The notes: generated by a model from the letters alone, not told the origin. 64,000 nucleotides of DNA from Mobula hypostoma (GCF_963921235.1 NC_086107.1:93684001-93748000); one strand, 5' to 3'; positions 47,850 to 59,783 are shown, counted from the stretch's first letter. A program made the numbers and translations.

Positions 47850-48310
47850 AAAACCATAAGACCATAAGACAAAAGAGAAGAAGTCACCCATTCGGCCCAT
47901 CGAGTCTGCTCTGCCATTTTATCATGAGCTGATCCACTCTCCCATTTAGTCCCACTCCCCCGCCTTCTCACCATACCTTTGATGCCCTGGCTACTCAGAT
48001 ACCTATCAATCTCTGCCTTAAATACACCCAATGACTTGGCCTCCACTGCCGCCCGTGGCAACAAATTCTATAGATTCACCACCCTCTGGCTAAAAAAATT
48101 ACTTCGCATTTCTGTTCTGCATGGGCGCCCTTCAATCCTTAAGTCATGCCCTCTTGTACTAGACTCCCCCATCATGGGAAACAACTTTGCCACATCCACT
48201 CTGTCCATGCCTTTCAACATTCGAAATGTTTCTATGAGGTCTCCCCTCATTCTTCGAAACTCCAAGGAATACAGTCCAAGAGCGGACAAACGTTCCTCAT
48301 ATGTTATCCC
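47850..48310 (-). mobile_element. CR1 3' fragment inserted in a Rex 3' fragment
   Basis: YEERLSALGLYSLEFRRMRGDLIETFRMLKG...FFSQRVVNL. Confidence 0.92.
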
Positions 48311-49369
48311 TAGAAGCCTTAGTTCCCTCACCACCAGGCTGAGGACCATCAGATCCCCGAACCAACATGGATAACTTCACTCACCACTACTCTGAACTGA
48401 TCTACAACCTCCTTTCAAGGACTCTTTCCAACTCTTGTTCTCAGTGTTATTTTTTCCTGTGCTGTACTGTTCCGTCCTTTGTGTGCACCCCATCTGCTTG
48501 TGACTCCACTGTGAGAGAACCGTGTCCCTCAGCTCCGAGGTCCCCCTGTATTCTACAGCACACACCAGGACCCTGTCGTTCGCCGTGTACGTCTTTGCTC
48601 TCAGGGTTTCCAACACAGGCCACCGCAGAGGGGAAGGAAGGGTTAAAATATTCGATACCAAACCAAGATGCTGAAAGATAGATCCTCAGTCACGGAGACA
48701 CAGCCACCTGGGGCCTGTGGTTACCCTGGCAACAATATCAGCCGTACTAGTCCCTGTAAAAGATTGTAACACCAATGACTGGGCAGCATGCAAGAAAAAT
48801 TATAGTTTCCATTTTTACCTCAAAAGAAAAAAAAATATTCCTTGTTTCTCATCTAAAAATACAACTCCTTGTTTTGTTTTATCCCAACAACTCCCTGGAA
48901 GGATTTATTTTTTTTTAATAAATTTTTGTTTTAATCTTCAGAACACTGTTAGCAAGAAATAATATCTGCTCAGCACTAAAGCAAATGGAGCTGTGGAGAA
49001 GAATTAAGCTAATAAGCTAAGGGCTCTGGATGTGGCTTGTTCACTGACAGAACATAATTAACCCTCCGAGATAACAGCAGAAGATTCTGGAAACACTCAG
49101 CAGGACAGGCAGCAGCCGTAGAGAGAGGAAAATGGGGTTATTATGAGGTCAATGAATTTTCACGATCGTGGGTCAGAGGCTCAATGTTTAACCCTGTTCT
49201 TCACTCTCCACTGACTGAACTGTGTTTTTTGTTTTCATTCCAAGTTTCCACAGTAATTTTTGCTTTCAGACCTCCAAACCTTACAAAACGCTTTACAGCC
49301 AAATGAAGCATTTGAAGTCTCATCATTGTTATGATGTAAGAAGCTTGACAGCCTGTTTACATTCATATA

Positions 49370-49438
49370 CAGTACTGTGCAACAGTCTTAGGCACCCGAG
49401 CGATATACACATGTGCCTATAACTTTTGCACAGTACTG
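49370..49438. mobile_element. 69-bp Tc1/mariner-type mini-MITE
   Basis: TA-CAGTACTGTGCAACAGTCTTAGGCAC...GTGCCTATAACTTTTGCACAGTACTG-TA. Confidence 0.85.
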
Positions 49439-50574
49439 TAGTTCATATTAAACAGATGGCTTAATGGAGACCTAGCTTAATATTCTGTTGAGGCTAGAAA
49501 TCTGCAGCAACACACAAAGTCCTGCAGGAACTCAACAGGTCAGACAGCATCAGAATCAGAACCATTATTAATATCACTGACATTCGTTGTTTTGTGGAAT
49601 AATGTGATGGTGAACCACACCACGGCCTTACGTGAACCACTTCCAATAAGAGCTATTGTGCAGCCAGTTGCAGGGTTTAAACTCCCAACACTGAAGGATT
49701 GGTGGTCTATTTTTACATCAGAATTACCTGTGAGGGCTGAATATTGTTCAGGACACTGGGTTCGTTGAATAATAATGGAAATCCTTAGCACATCAGTATG
49801 CATCTGTGGAGAGAAACGATTCCTCTCTCTCACTGATATATATCATGCAATTTGTTATTTTGTGGCTGCAATATTGCACTGTTCATAATTATTATAAGAT
49901 ACAATAGGAAAAACAATGCTTATTTAAATAAATAGTGCCAGAAAGAGAGCGAAATAGCGTGTTCATGGGTTCATGGACTTTTCAGAAATCTGACAGCAGA
50001 GGGGAAGGCGCTGTTCCTAAATCATTTAGTGTTCATGCTCCTGTACTCCTTGATGGCAGTAACGAGAAGAGAGCATGTTCTAGATGGTGAGGATCCTTAA
50101 AGGTGATGATGCTGCTGCTTTATGTTATCGCCCTTTGATGATGTCCTTGATGGGGGGGAGGCTTGTGTCCGTGAGGGAGCTGGCTGAGGTTCCAACTCTC
50201 AACAACTTCTTTCCAGTGGCCCCCCCCCCACCCCCGTACCAGGCGGTGGTGCAACCAGTTAGAATCTGTGGGGAGAAATGGACAGTCAATGTTTTTCGCT
50301 GACATAAAAGGTCAACTGTCTATTTCCTTCCACAGATTCTGCCTGTCCCACTGAGTTCCTCCAGCTCATTTGTTTATTGCAACAGATAATTTACATCGGT
50401 TGTTAAATTCAATAGGGACTGTTTGAGTTATAGGCCCTGATCCAAACCTACAATGTGGTCTAACTGAACTCATCCTATTTGCCTAAGTTTGGCCCGAATC
50501 CCTCGAAACCTATTCTTTCAGACTTCAAAGCAATTTTGTTGCTCTTATTTAAGGAAGCATTGGGGTGAATGAGG

Positions 50575-50890
50575 GGAGGCACGAAACCTTACGTTTTACA
50601 GCGCCAGCTGTTAATATTGGGCTTCAATCCTCACCGCTGCCTGTAAGGAGACTGCACACCTTCCTCGTCGCTGCGTGGGCTTCCTCTGGGTGTTCCGGTT
50701 CCCTCCCACATCCCAAAGGCGTTAAGTTAGTAAGTTGCGAGCAAGGTATGTTGGCACCAGAAGCACGGTGACACTGTCACACTGTCCCCAGCACATCCTC
50801 AGACTGATTTTGTCATTGACACAACCAATGCCCTTTATTGAATGCTCTAATGTTCCAACGTACGTGTAACAAATAAAGCTGATCTTTTTC
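50575..50890 (+). mobile_element. V-SINE with alternative (non-CR1) tail
   Basis: V domain gcgtgggcttcctctgggtgttccggttccctcccacatcccaaag, followed by gttggcaccagaagc...gtaacaaataaagctgatc. Confidence 0.75.
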
Positions 50891-51179
50891 TTATCTCCAA
50901 TCTTTTTCCAGGATTTCAAGGTGAGAGGGGAGAGATTAACAGGAACCTATGGGGCTTCGCTTTATGCAGACTGGTATGTGTGTGGAATGATCAGCCAGAA
51001 GAACTGTATGAAGCAGGAACGATGACAACTTTTAAAGGACCTTTGTACAGGTACTTCGATTGGAAAGGTTTAGAATCGGAATCATGTTTAATATCAGCTA
51101 CACACGTTGTGAAACTTGTTGTCTTGCAGCAACACAGTGCAATACAATGAAAAGAAGTACCACAGATACGATGGTAGAA

Positions 51180-53580
51180 CAGCAATGGCTAATGTTTCTG
51201 GGGGAAATTTGGAAGGTGCAGGATAGATACATCCCAAAGATGAAGAAGTATTCTAAAGGGTGGATGAGGCAACTGTAGTTGACAAAGGAAGTCAAAGACA
51301 GCATAAAGGCCAAAGAGAGAGCATAATATATAGGAAAAACTAGTGGGAAGTCAGAGGATTGAGAGGACCGGCCAGTGGTGTAGTGGCATCAGCACTGGAC
51401 TTCGAGGCAGAAGGTCCTGAGTTCGAATCCAGCCAGGGTCCCAACCTGGGCAGCAGCAGTATCTGCGTCGAAGAATGGCCTAGCAATCTACTTCCATAGC
51501 TTGCCACGAAAACCCTATGGACAACTATCTAGGGTTGCCATGAGTTGACGACATCTTGACGACACTCAACAACAGAGGATTCAGAAGCTTTTAAAGACCA
51601 ACAGAAGGCAACTGAAAAAGACATAAAGAGAGAAAAAATGAAATACGAAGAAAAACTAGTCAATAATATAAAAGAGCATACCAAAAGTAATTTTTTCAAA
51701 TATAGAGTTAAAAATACATGGGGACTAAGATGTTAACTGTCCTGTGCTATCACCAGTGGGATCATCAGTGTATAAAGAGTGAAAGAGAGACAAGATTGGA
51801 TATCAGACCACTGGAAAATGATGCTGGAGAGATAGTAATGAGGAAGAAAGAAGTGGCAGACAAACTTCATAAGTATTTTGCGCCAGTTTTCACTGTGGAA
51901 GGCACTAGCGGGATGCCAGAAATGCGGGAGTATCAGGGGGCAGAAGTGAGTGTCGCTGCTATTACTAAGGAGAAGGTGACTGAGAAGCAGAAAAGTCTGA
52001 AGGTGGATAAGTCACCTGGACCAGATGGTTACACCCCAGGGTTCTGAAGGAGGTGACTGAAGAGATTTTGGAGGCATTAATAATGATCTTTCAAGAATCT
52101 CCAGATTCTGGAATGGTTCCTGAGGACTGGAAAATTGCAAATGACACTCCACTTTTCAAGAAGCAGGGGAGGCAGAAGAAAGGAAATTATAGGCCAGTTA
52201 GCCCAGATTTCCGTGGTTGGCAAGATGCTGAAGTCAATTGTTAAGGATGAGGTTTCAGGGTACTTTGAGGCACATGTAAAATAGGCCAAAATCAGCATGA
52301 TAATCTCAAGGGAAAATCTTGCCTGACAAATCTGTTAGAATTCTTTGAGGAAATAACAGACCAGATAGACAAATGAGAGTCAGTGGATGTTGTTTAATTA
52401 GATTCTCAGAAGGCCTTTGACAAGGTGTCACACATGAGGCTGCTTAAAAAGATAAAGGCCCATGATATGACAGGAAAAGTGTTAGCATGGATAGAAGATT
52501 GGCTGACTGGCAGGAGGCAAAGAGTGGGAATAAAGGGAGCCTTTGCTGGTTGGCTGCTGGTAACTAGTGGTGTGCCACAGATCAGTGTTGGGACCGATTT
52601 TTTTCATTTTATACGTCAATGATTTTGATGAACGAATTGATGGCGTTTTGTCCAGGTTTGTGGGTGATATGAAGATAGGTAGAGGGGCAGTAGTGTTGAG
52701 GAAGCAGGGTGTCTGCAGAAGGACTTGTCAGATTGGGAGAATGGGCAAAGGAGTGGCACATGGAATTTAGAGTAGAGAAGTATACGGTCATGCACTTTGG
52801 TAGAAGGAATAAAGATATGGCCTATTTTCTATACAGGGAGAAAATTCAAAAGTCAGAGATGCAAAAGGACTTAGAAATCCTTGTGCAGGATTCCCTAAAA
52901 GGTTAACTTCCAGGCTGAGTAGGTGGTAAGGAAGGCAAATGCAACGTTAACATTCATTTCAAGAGGATTAGAATACAAAAGTAAAGATGTGATGCTGAGT
53001 CTTTATAAGGTACTGGTCAGACTGCACTTGGAGTATTGTGAGCAGTTTTGGGACCCTTACCTAAGAAAAGATGTGCTGACATTGGAGATTATCCAGAGGA
53101 GGTTCATGAGAGTTATCCCGGGAATGAAAGGGTTAACATATGACGATCATTTGATGACTCTTGGCCTAAATTTGCTGGAGTTTAGAAGAATGATTGGGAT
53201 CTCATTGAAGCCTATCGAATATTGAAAGGCCTAGATAGAGTGGATGTGGAGAGGATGTTTCCTATAGCGGGGGAGTCTAGTACCAGAGGGCACAACCTCA
53301 GAGCATCCTCTTAGAACAGAAATGAGAAAAATATTCTTTAGGCAGAGAGTGATTTAGGCAGAGAGTGATGAATCTATGGAATTCATTGCTACAGACAGCT
53401 CTACAAGCCAATTCATTGGGTATATTTAAGGCTGAGGTTGATAGGTTCTTGATTAGTCAGGGCATCAAAAGTTTCATGGGGAAGGCAGGAGAATGGGGAT
53501 AATTAATCAGCCATGATGGATTGGCAGAGCAGACTCGATGAGTCAAATAGCCTAATTCTGCTCCTATGTCTTGTGGTCTA
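51180..53580 (+). mobile_element. CR1 LINE ORF2 (RT) pseudogene, longest copy in the window
   Basis: KSPGPDG, VPEDWKIAN.TPLFKK..NYRPVS, D.QKAFDKVSH, VTSGVPQ, WHMEF, LYKVLVRLHLEYCEQFW. Multiple stops and frameshifts. Confidence 0.95.
51365..51572 (+). mobile_element. tRNA-SINE with RTE-type tail
   Basis: Same head as the 11007 SINE (tggtgtagtggcatcagcactggacttc...GAGTTCGAATCC). Tail gggttgccatgagttgacgacatcttgacgacactcaacaac. TSD CAGAGGATT at 51352-51360 and 51573-51581. Confidence 0.85.
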
Positions 53581-53585
53581 TATAT

Positions 53586-53618
<33 letters not shown>
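53581..53618. repeat. (TA)n microsatellite
   Basis: Read directly from the sequence. Confidence 0.95.
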
Positions 53619-53621
<3 letters not shown>

Positions 53622-53967
53622 GTAGATAAGAGGGGAAAGAGTTGGTCCTAATACATTGAGTGTGTGTCTTCAGGCCCCCATACCTCATTTAGAAGATTAT
53701 GGGAGGAATGCCGGCAAGTAGGAGCAGCTTGGATGGGGTGCCTTGGCTGTCATGGACCAGTTGGGCCGAAGAGCCTCTTTCTATGCTTTACGGAAACTGC
53801 TCGGAGAAGGTTGATCCCTGGGTGGGGAAGATTCCTGCTGAGGAAAGGTTGACCAAGTTTGGCCAATTGGAGCTTGGAGACAGAGAGAGAGAGACATCTG
53901 AGGGACTAGATGGGGTAAATACTGAAAGGAGCTGGTCCGAAACTAGAATGAAGACCATAAATAACTT

Positions 53968-54222
53968 GGGCAGCACAGCAGCGTGGCAGTTGGCGTAATT
54001 ACACTACAGCGCCAGCAAACCCGCTTCAATACCGCCATTATCCATAAGGAGTTTGTACGTTCTCCCCACGACCGCGCGGGTTTCCTCTGGGTGCTCCGGC
54101 TTCCTGTGACATTCCAAAGGCATACCGGTTAGTAGGTTAACTGGTCACATGGGTGCAATTGGGTGGCTTGGGCCATTGGGCTGAAAGGGCCTGTTACAGA
54201 GGTGTATCCCTAAATAAAATAA
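53968..54222 (+). mobile_element. HE1-type V-SINE
   Basis: gcgcgggtttcctctgggtgctccggcttcc V domain and a CR1-type tail. Confidence 0.82.
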
Positions 54223-54412
54223 CATTTTAAAAATAGTAAGGGTCCCTTGTCTAAGAAGGGGGTGAGGAAGAATTCTCTGTCAAATAGCTGAAATTCTCTG
54301 ATCAGAATCAGGTTTAGCATCGCTGACATACATTGTGAAATTTGTTGTTTTGTGACAGCAGTACATTGCAATACGTAGAAGTATATCTACAATAAGAAAT
54401 ATTCAGTATACA

Positions 54413-54975
54413 TAATACTGTGAGAACATCTTGGGCACTTAGATATCTATCTATCTATAACTATATATATAGCTAGGTGCCTAAGACTTTTGCACAGTAC
54501 TGTAGTGTTTTTATGTATTGCACTATACTGCTGCCACAAACACAACCTCATTTCATGACATATGTGAGTAATGATATGGGTCTCTGTTGTGGACTGAGAG
54601 TGGAAAGGGGGCAGGGAGAGGGGAATCATGGTTAGGAAAAGGGGAAGGGAGAGGGGAGGGAGCAGGAAGACCCAGAGAGACATTCTGTAATGATCAATAA
54701 ACCAATTGTTCGGAATCAAATAACCTTGCCTGGTGTCTCAGGGCCAGGTGTATCTGCACCTGCGCCAACCCCTGCCCCTGGCACTCCCTTCTCTCTCATC
54801 TGTCCCACGCCCCTCCCGCGACACTCCATCCTCGCTATTCCCAACATCCGTTGCTCCCGTTAGATTGACAAACTTGCTCTCCATTCCACGTTGACAAATA
54901 AGGTACTGTGCAAAACCCATAGTCGCCCTAGCTACATCTACAAACGAACATGCCTAACTCTTTTGCACAGTATTG
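54413..54975. mobile_element. Composite insertion bounded by two mini-MITEs
   Basis: Mini-MITEs at 54413-54502 and 54901-54975 (family of 49370-49438) flank ~400 bp. The host Rex 3' UTR (54300-55160, minus) is continuous across the block. Confidence 0.7.
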
Positions 54976-55242
54976 TATATATAAAAAATAATTAATTATG
55001 TCCTGCAGAAAGAGAGCAGAGAGGAACCAAACCATTGGTTGGTCTATTGTCTGTTCAGAAATTTGACCACAGAGGGGAAGAAGCTGTTCCTAAAACATTG
55101 TCTGTGTGCCTTCAGTCTCCTGTTCCTCCTCTGCTGATAACAATGAGAAGAGGAAATGTACCAAAGTACTCATATCTATGTCTGTGGATTTCAGCTGAGT
55201 AGTCTTAAACTCACAGATGATGAGTTAAACTCATAAACTGAC

Positions 55243-56234
55243 ACAGATGGGAAAGATATACATTTCTTAAGAAACTTATACTGGGACCAGACAGCATCCA
55301 TCAGAATAGAAGGAGAAGTGAGTGAGTATGTGAATATCATGAGAGGAGTCAGGCAAGGTTGTGTCTTTTCGCCAGACTTATTCAACCTGTATAGTGAAAA
55401 TATCTTGAGAAGTATCAAAGACATCAAAGGATTCGCAATTGGAGGCCATAATATAAATAACATCAGATATGCTGATGACATCGTACTAATAGCTGACAAG
55501 AACTATTCACTATAGTGGCAGCAGAAAGTAATCGCAGAGGCCTCTCAATCAACACCAAGACGACAGAAAGCATGGTCATCTCCAGAAAGACAAACATCCC
55601 ACAATGTGTGATCAAGATCGGAAATACAAACATCAAACAAGTCAACAAATTCAAATGTCTTGGCAGCCTAATAACAAGTAATGGCAGGTGCAACACAGAT
55701 GTCAAACACAGAATAGCAATGGCGAAAGAAACTTTCCAAAGAATGAAGACCATATTAACAGACAGAAAGATGAGCACGTACACTAAAAACAGAATACTGC
55801 AGTGCCACATTTATTCCATCCTGACTTATGGAAGTGAATGCTGGACCATTTCTCCAGCAATGGTAAAGAGACTAGAAGCAGCTGAATTATGGTTTTACAG
55901 GAGAATGTTAAAAATATCACGGACCACACACACATCAAATGAAGAAGTTCTCAGAAGAACCCAAGCAGTTCGATCACTCATACCAACAATAAGAGAAAGA
56001 CAACTCAGATTCCTAGGACCCATCATGCGGAAAGATGAACTAGAAAAACTCATACTCTCTAGAAAGATTGAGGGGAGCAAACCTAGAGGGTGACGTCGGC
56101 TTATGTACATCAAAAGCCTAGCCAGGTGGCTACATCGAGGAAATGGAAGTCATCCAAAAAACGAAGCATAAATCTATATGGAAAACCATGGTCACCAAAG
56201 TCCGCATCGGATATGGTACCTAGACAGACAGACA
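55243..56234 (+). mobile_element. RTE-clade LINE, 5'-truncated RT pseudogene
   Basis: GVRQGCVFSPDLFNLYSE, NNIRYADD, GLSINTKTT, FKCLGS, LTYGSECWT, RQLRFLG, and an (AGAC)n tail. Frameshift near 55500. Confidence 0.93.
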
Positions 56235-56772
56235 GTCTTAAATATCATAAGATAGGAATAATTGAGTGGTTGATGATTAGCACTGACTCATTGGCTGAGT
56301 TCCCAGCTGTATAATTCTACAAAATGCTCCAAAGCACATGAGGTGACAGAGATTCTTCAAAAAATCTGTCTAGTGTCTAAAGAATTACAGGTCACACAGA
56401 ATTTCAGTCACATCTATAAGTTGCTATAAGAAATACAGTATGTTAAAAATAAAAAGTGCAGAAAAAAAGAGCAAAAACAGTGAGGCAGTGTTCATGGGTT
56501 CGTGGAATGTCTCGAAATCCAGTGGGAGAGGAAAAAAACTGTTCCTCCTCCCTGATGGTAGGGTGATAAGAAGAGAGCACATCCTAGGTAAGTGGGTGGA
56601 GGACGGTGGTGCCGTGGTGATAAGCTGCTGGTGAACTCATGGGATTGATAGGTTAATGAGAGCTGTTAGAGGCAGGGGAAAAATATTGTGCATAAAAGCC
56701 GTGAGATGCAGGTCTAATCTGTAAAACATGTCCAGACCAGAGAGTGTCAGGGCAGAGAGAAAATCTGAGGTA

Positions 56773-56777
<5 letters not shown>

Positions 56778-56809
<32 letters not shown>
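56778..56809. repeat. (GA)n microsatellite
   Basis: Read directly from the sequence. Confidence 0.95.
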
Positions 56810-56810
<1 letters not shown>

Positions 56811-57239
56811 AGGTGGAACTGTCCATCACAGAGACAGCAGTTGATGCCAAATTATGAAATATATTCCGGAAGGCTCTAGGGCTAGAGGGATTGAGGGAAC
56901 TACACTGAAACCAGGAAAGGCATTGGTGATGTTTTGTAAGCTTTCTTCAGCCTATTTACTCATTATACTTCAATTGTTATACTCCTTTAAATCTAAATTC
57001 AAAGATGTTAAGGATTACTAGCAATATTTTTAATATATCAGTCCTGATGGGAGGTCTGGGCCCAAAATGCTTATTCCTCTCCATAGATGCTGCCTGACCT
57101 GTTGAGTTCCTCCGGCATTTGACGTGCATTGGTCACAATATTTTAAAAATCTCTTTACAATCTTCTGACCTCCTGGAGATTATTTTTCTCTTTGTACTAC
57201 CCTGATATATTTATGCTTTCATTCAGATGATAAGGTCAG

Positions 57240-57512
57240 CTTTATCGCCTGCATGTACGCTGAAATGAGCCGTCAGTGAAATGAGCCGTCCGAGGGCGGG
57301 GTGGGGGCAGCCACGTTTCCGGCACCAACATAGCACGCCCACAACTCACTACCCTTACCCCATATGCTTTGGGATGTGGGAGGAAACTAAAGCACCCAGA
57401 GGAAACCCACACATCACGGGAAGGCATACCAAACTCCTAACAGACAGCAGTGGAAACTGAGATCCCAGTCGCTAGCACTATCAAGTGTTCTGCTAACCAC
57501 TACACCACAGAA
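57240..57512 (-). mobile_element. V-SINE with alternative tail
   Basis: tttgggatgtgggaggaaactaaagcacccagaggaaacccac (reverse V domain), with the same tail as 50750-50890. Confidence 0.75.
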
Positions 57513-57559
57513 CTGCCCAGATATGCTACTATATAATATAAATACAGTTGTTTCTTGAG

Positions 57560-58110
57560 AACAAGATTTGCATTTATATAGTATCCCATCCTTAACTGTC
57601 CTTAGCGACTCACAGTAAGTAAAGCAAGTTTGTATTACTTTTGCACAAAGCAAGATCCCGCAATTGCCATGCGATACCTGGAACTTGCCTGGGGCACACA
57701 CTTCGGCCAGATCTCAAAAACTAAAAAAGTCTGCAGATGCCGGAAACCCGAAATAAAAACAGGAAATGCTGGAAAAACTCAGCAGCTCGGGCAGCACCTG
57801 TGGAAGGAAGCAAAGTTAAAATTTCATTCCAATACCATTCAGTGGCCTTTGGTAGGGGCGGTGATGGAATTTGTTTTACAGGCTTCTCTAGTGAAGGAAA
57901 GATTATCAGCGTGAAACATTAACCCTGTTTCTCTCTCCACAGATGCTACCTGACCTGCTGAGTGGTTCCACTACGATCTGTCTTTAGACAAGTTCTCCCA
58001 TGTTGTTCAAAAGGGCTATAGGATTAATTATATCTACTTGACAGAGCAGAAAACACCACTATTTTCTGACTAGTCCTTCAGACAGTGCCTCTCACTAGTG
58101 TTTGATTCTA
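57560..58110 (-). mobile_element. Ancient Deu-domain SINE remnant (SacSINE1/AmnSINE1-like), split by a pLTR pair
   Basis: ttgcatttatatag...ttgcacaaagcaagatccc and ...ggattaattatatctacttgacagagcaga...cagacagtgc resemble the reverse Deu-SINE consensus as recalled. Confidence 0.5.
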
Positions 58111-58299
58111 TTCCAGTTTTCCGACTAGAAGAGGCGTAGTGTTCAGTGATCAGCGGGTTCTTAGGGTCAGTGCTGAGCATCGAGGCCCAAGGGTCAAATT
58201 GGAAGTCTGGAAGTTGAGACCTGTTGGCTGAAATGCTGAACCTGCAAATCTCTGCAGGTTCGCTGGAGAAGTCGAAGGCCCAATGTCTACCAATCTCTG

Positions 58300-58803
58300 A
58301 ATTGAATTGACTTTATTACTCACATCCTTCATATACATGAGGAGTAAAAATATTTACGTTACGTCTCCATCTAAATGTGCAATGTGTAATTTATAATAAA
58401 TAGTATGTACAACAATATAACATAGAAAAACAGTTGTTTCAGCATGAATTAATCAGTCTGATGGCCTGGTGGAAGAAGCTGTCCCAGAGCCTGTTGGTCC
58501 TGGCTTTTATGCTGCGGTACCGTTTCCCGGATTGTAGCAGCTGGAACAGTTTGTGGTTGGGGTGACTCGGGTCCCCAGTGATCCTTCGGGCCCTTTTTAC
58601 ACACCTGTCTCTGTAAATGTCCTGAATAGTGGGAAGTTCACGTCTACAGATGCGCAGAGTCCTGCGATTGAGGGAGGTACAGTTCCCATACCAGGCAGTG
58701 ATGCAGCCAGTCAGGATGCCCTCAATTGTGCCCCTGTAGAAAGTTCTTAGGATTTGGGGGTCCATACCAAACTTCTTCAACCATCTGAGGTGAAAGAGGC
58801 GCT
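58300..58803 (-). mobile_element. Rex1/Babar 3' fragment, well preserved
   Basis: KKFGMDPQILRTFYRGTIEGILTGCITAWYGNC...DPSHPNHKLFQLLQSGKRYRSIKARTNRLWDSFFHQAIRLIN. Confidence 0.92.
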
Positions 58804-59657
58804 GTGTGCAGGTCTCTGCAGGTCCAATGGAGAAATGGAAGGCCCGATGTCTGCAAATCTGTGCAGGTTCGCTGGAGAAGTCGAAGGCCCAATCTCCGCC
58901 AGCCTGAGTATGCTGCAGTCCGAAGAAGGCGGCCCTTCTGGGGGTTTAGAGGACTGTGTATGTGCATGGGAGGAGCGGGGCTTGCTTTGCTGTTGTTGTT
59001 TGGTCCCTTGTTGTGTTCCTGTGTGGTTCTTTCGAGGCTATGTTGCGGCCAGAACGTATGGTGACACTTGCAGGTGGCTCCCCCAGCCCATCCCTTGGGC
59101 ACGGTGGTTGTTGATGCAAACGGAACATTTCACTGTATATTTTGATGTACATGTGATAAATAAACTTCAATGTGCAGCACACCCTTGGGAACACCGCAGC
59201 GACACAGAGTCATAGAGAACTACAGCTCAGAAACAGTCCCTTCTGCCCATCTAGTCCATGCCAAGCTATTACTCTGCCGTTGGAGCATGGCCCTGCATAA
59301 CCCTCCCATCCTTACACCTATCCGAATTGCTCTTAAATGTTGAAATGAAACCCGCACCCACCGTGACCCTGGCAGCTCGTTCCTCGCTGTCACCACCCCC
59401 TGGGTGAAGAAATTTCCCCTTGTGCTCCCCTTAAACATTTCACCTTTCACCCTTGGTTAACTTCAGTCCCCAGAGTTAACATCAATGGTAGAACACCAGC
59501 AGTTGGAGGGAGCGAGTACAACAGTTCAGTAAGGCACACCACTGCTACCGGAGTCTTGTCTGCACTGTGGTGATTAGACCACAGTCAAGTGCTCCTCTGA
59601 GACACCCCGTCTCGCCTCCCTCAAACCCACATCACTTATTCCTTTTCTTTTCTGCAG

Positions 59658-59783
59658 GGAATGCACTTAAGTCAGCTTGGAGAAATCAATAGCACATTCA
59701 TCCCTGGCTCGCCCCTCTGCCTTCAGAGTGACAAAGCCTGCTGTAGTTACTGGAAAGCCCACCAAACCAATTCTAATTCCCAG
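59658..59783 (+). other. Candidate 126-nt internal exon of an unidentified transcript
   Basis: Acceptor ttccttttcttttctgcag| and donor CAG|gtaaat. Length is divisible by 3 and one frame is open (GMHLSQLGEINSTFIPGSPLCLQSDKACCSYWKAHQTNSNSQ). No homology recognised. Confidence 0.3.

Noticed and set aside
51180..53580. Potentially active CR1 ORF2
   Set aside because: Numerous stops and frameshifts, a degenerate catalytic motif (FVGD in place of FADD), 5' truncation and a SINE insertion.
55318..56093. Host reverse-transcriptase-like gene
   Set aside because: It is a 5'-truncated RTE LINE with a frameshift after YADD and a simple-repeat tail.
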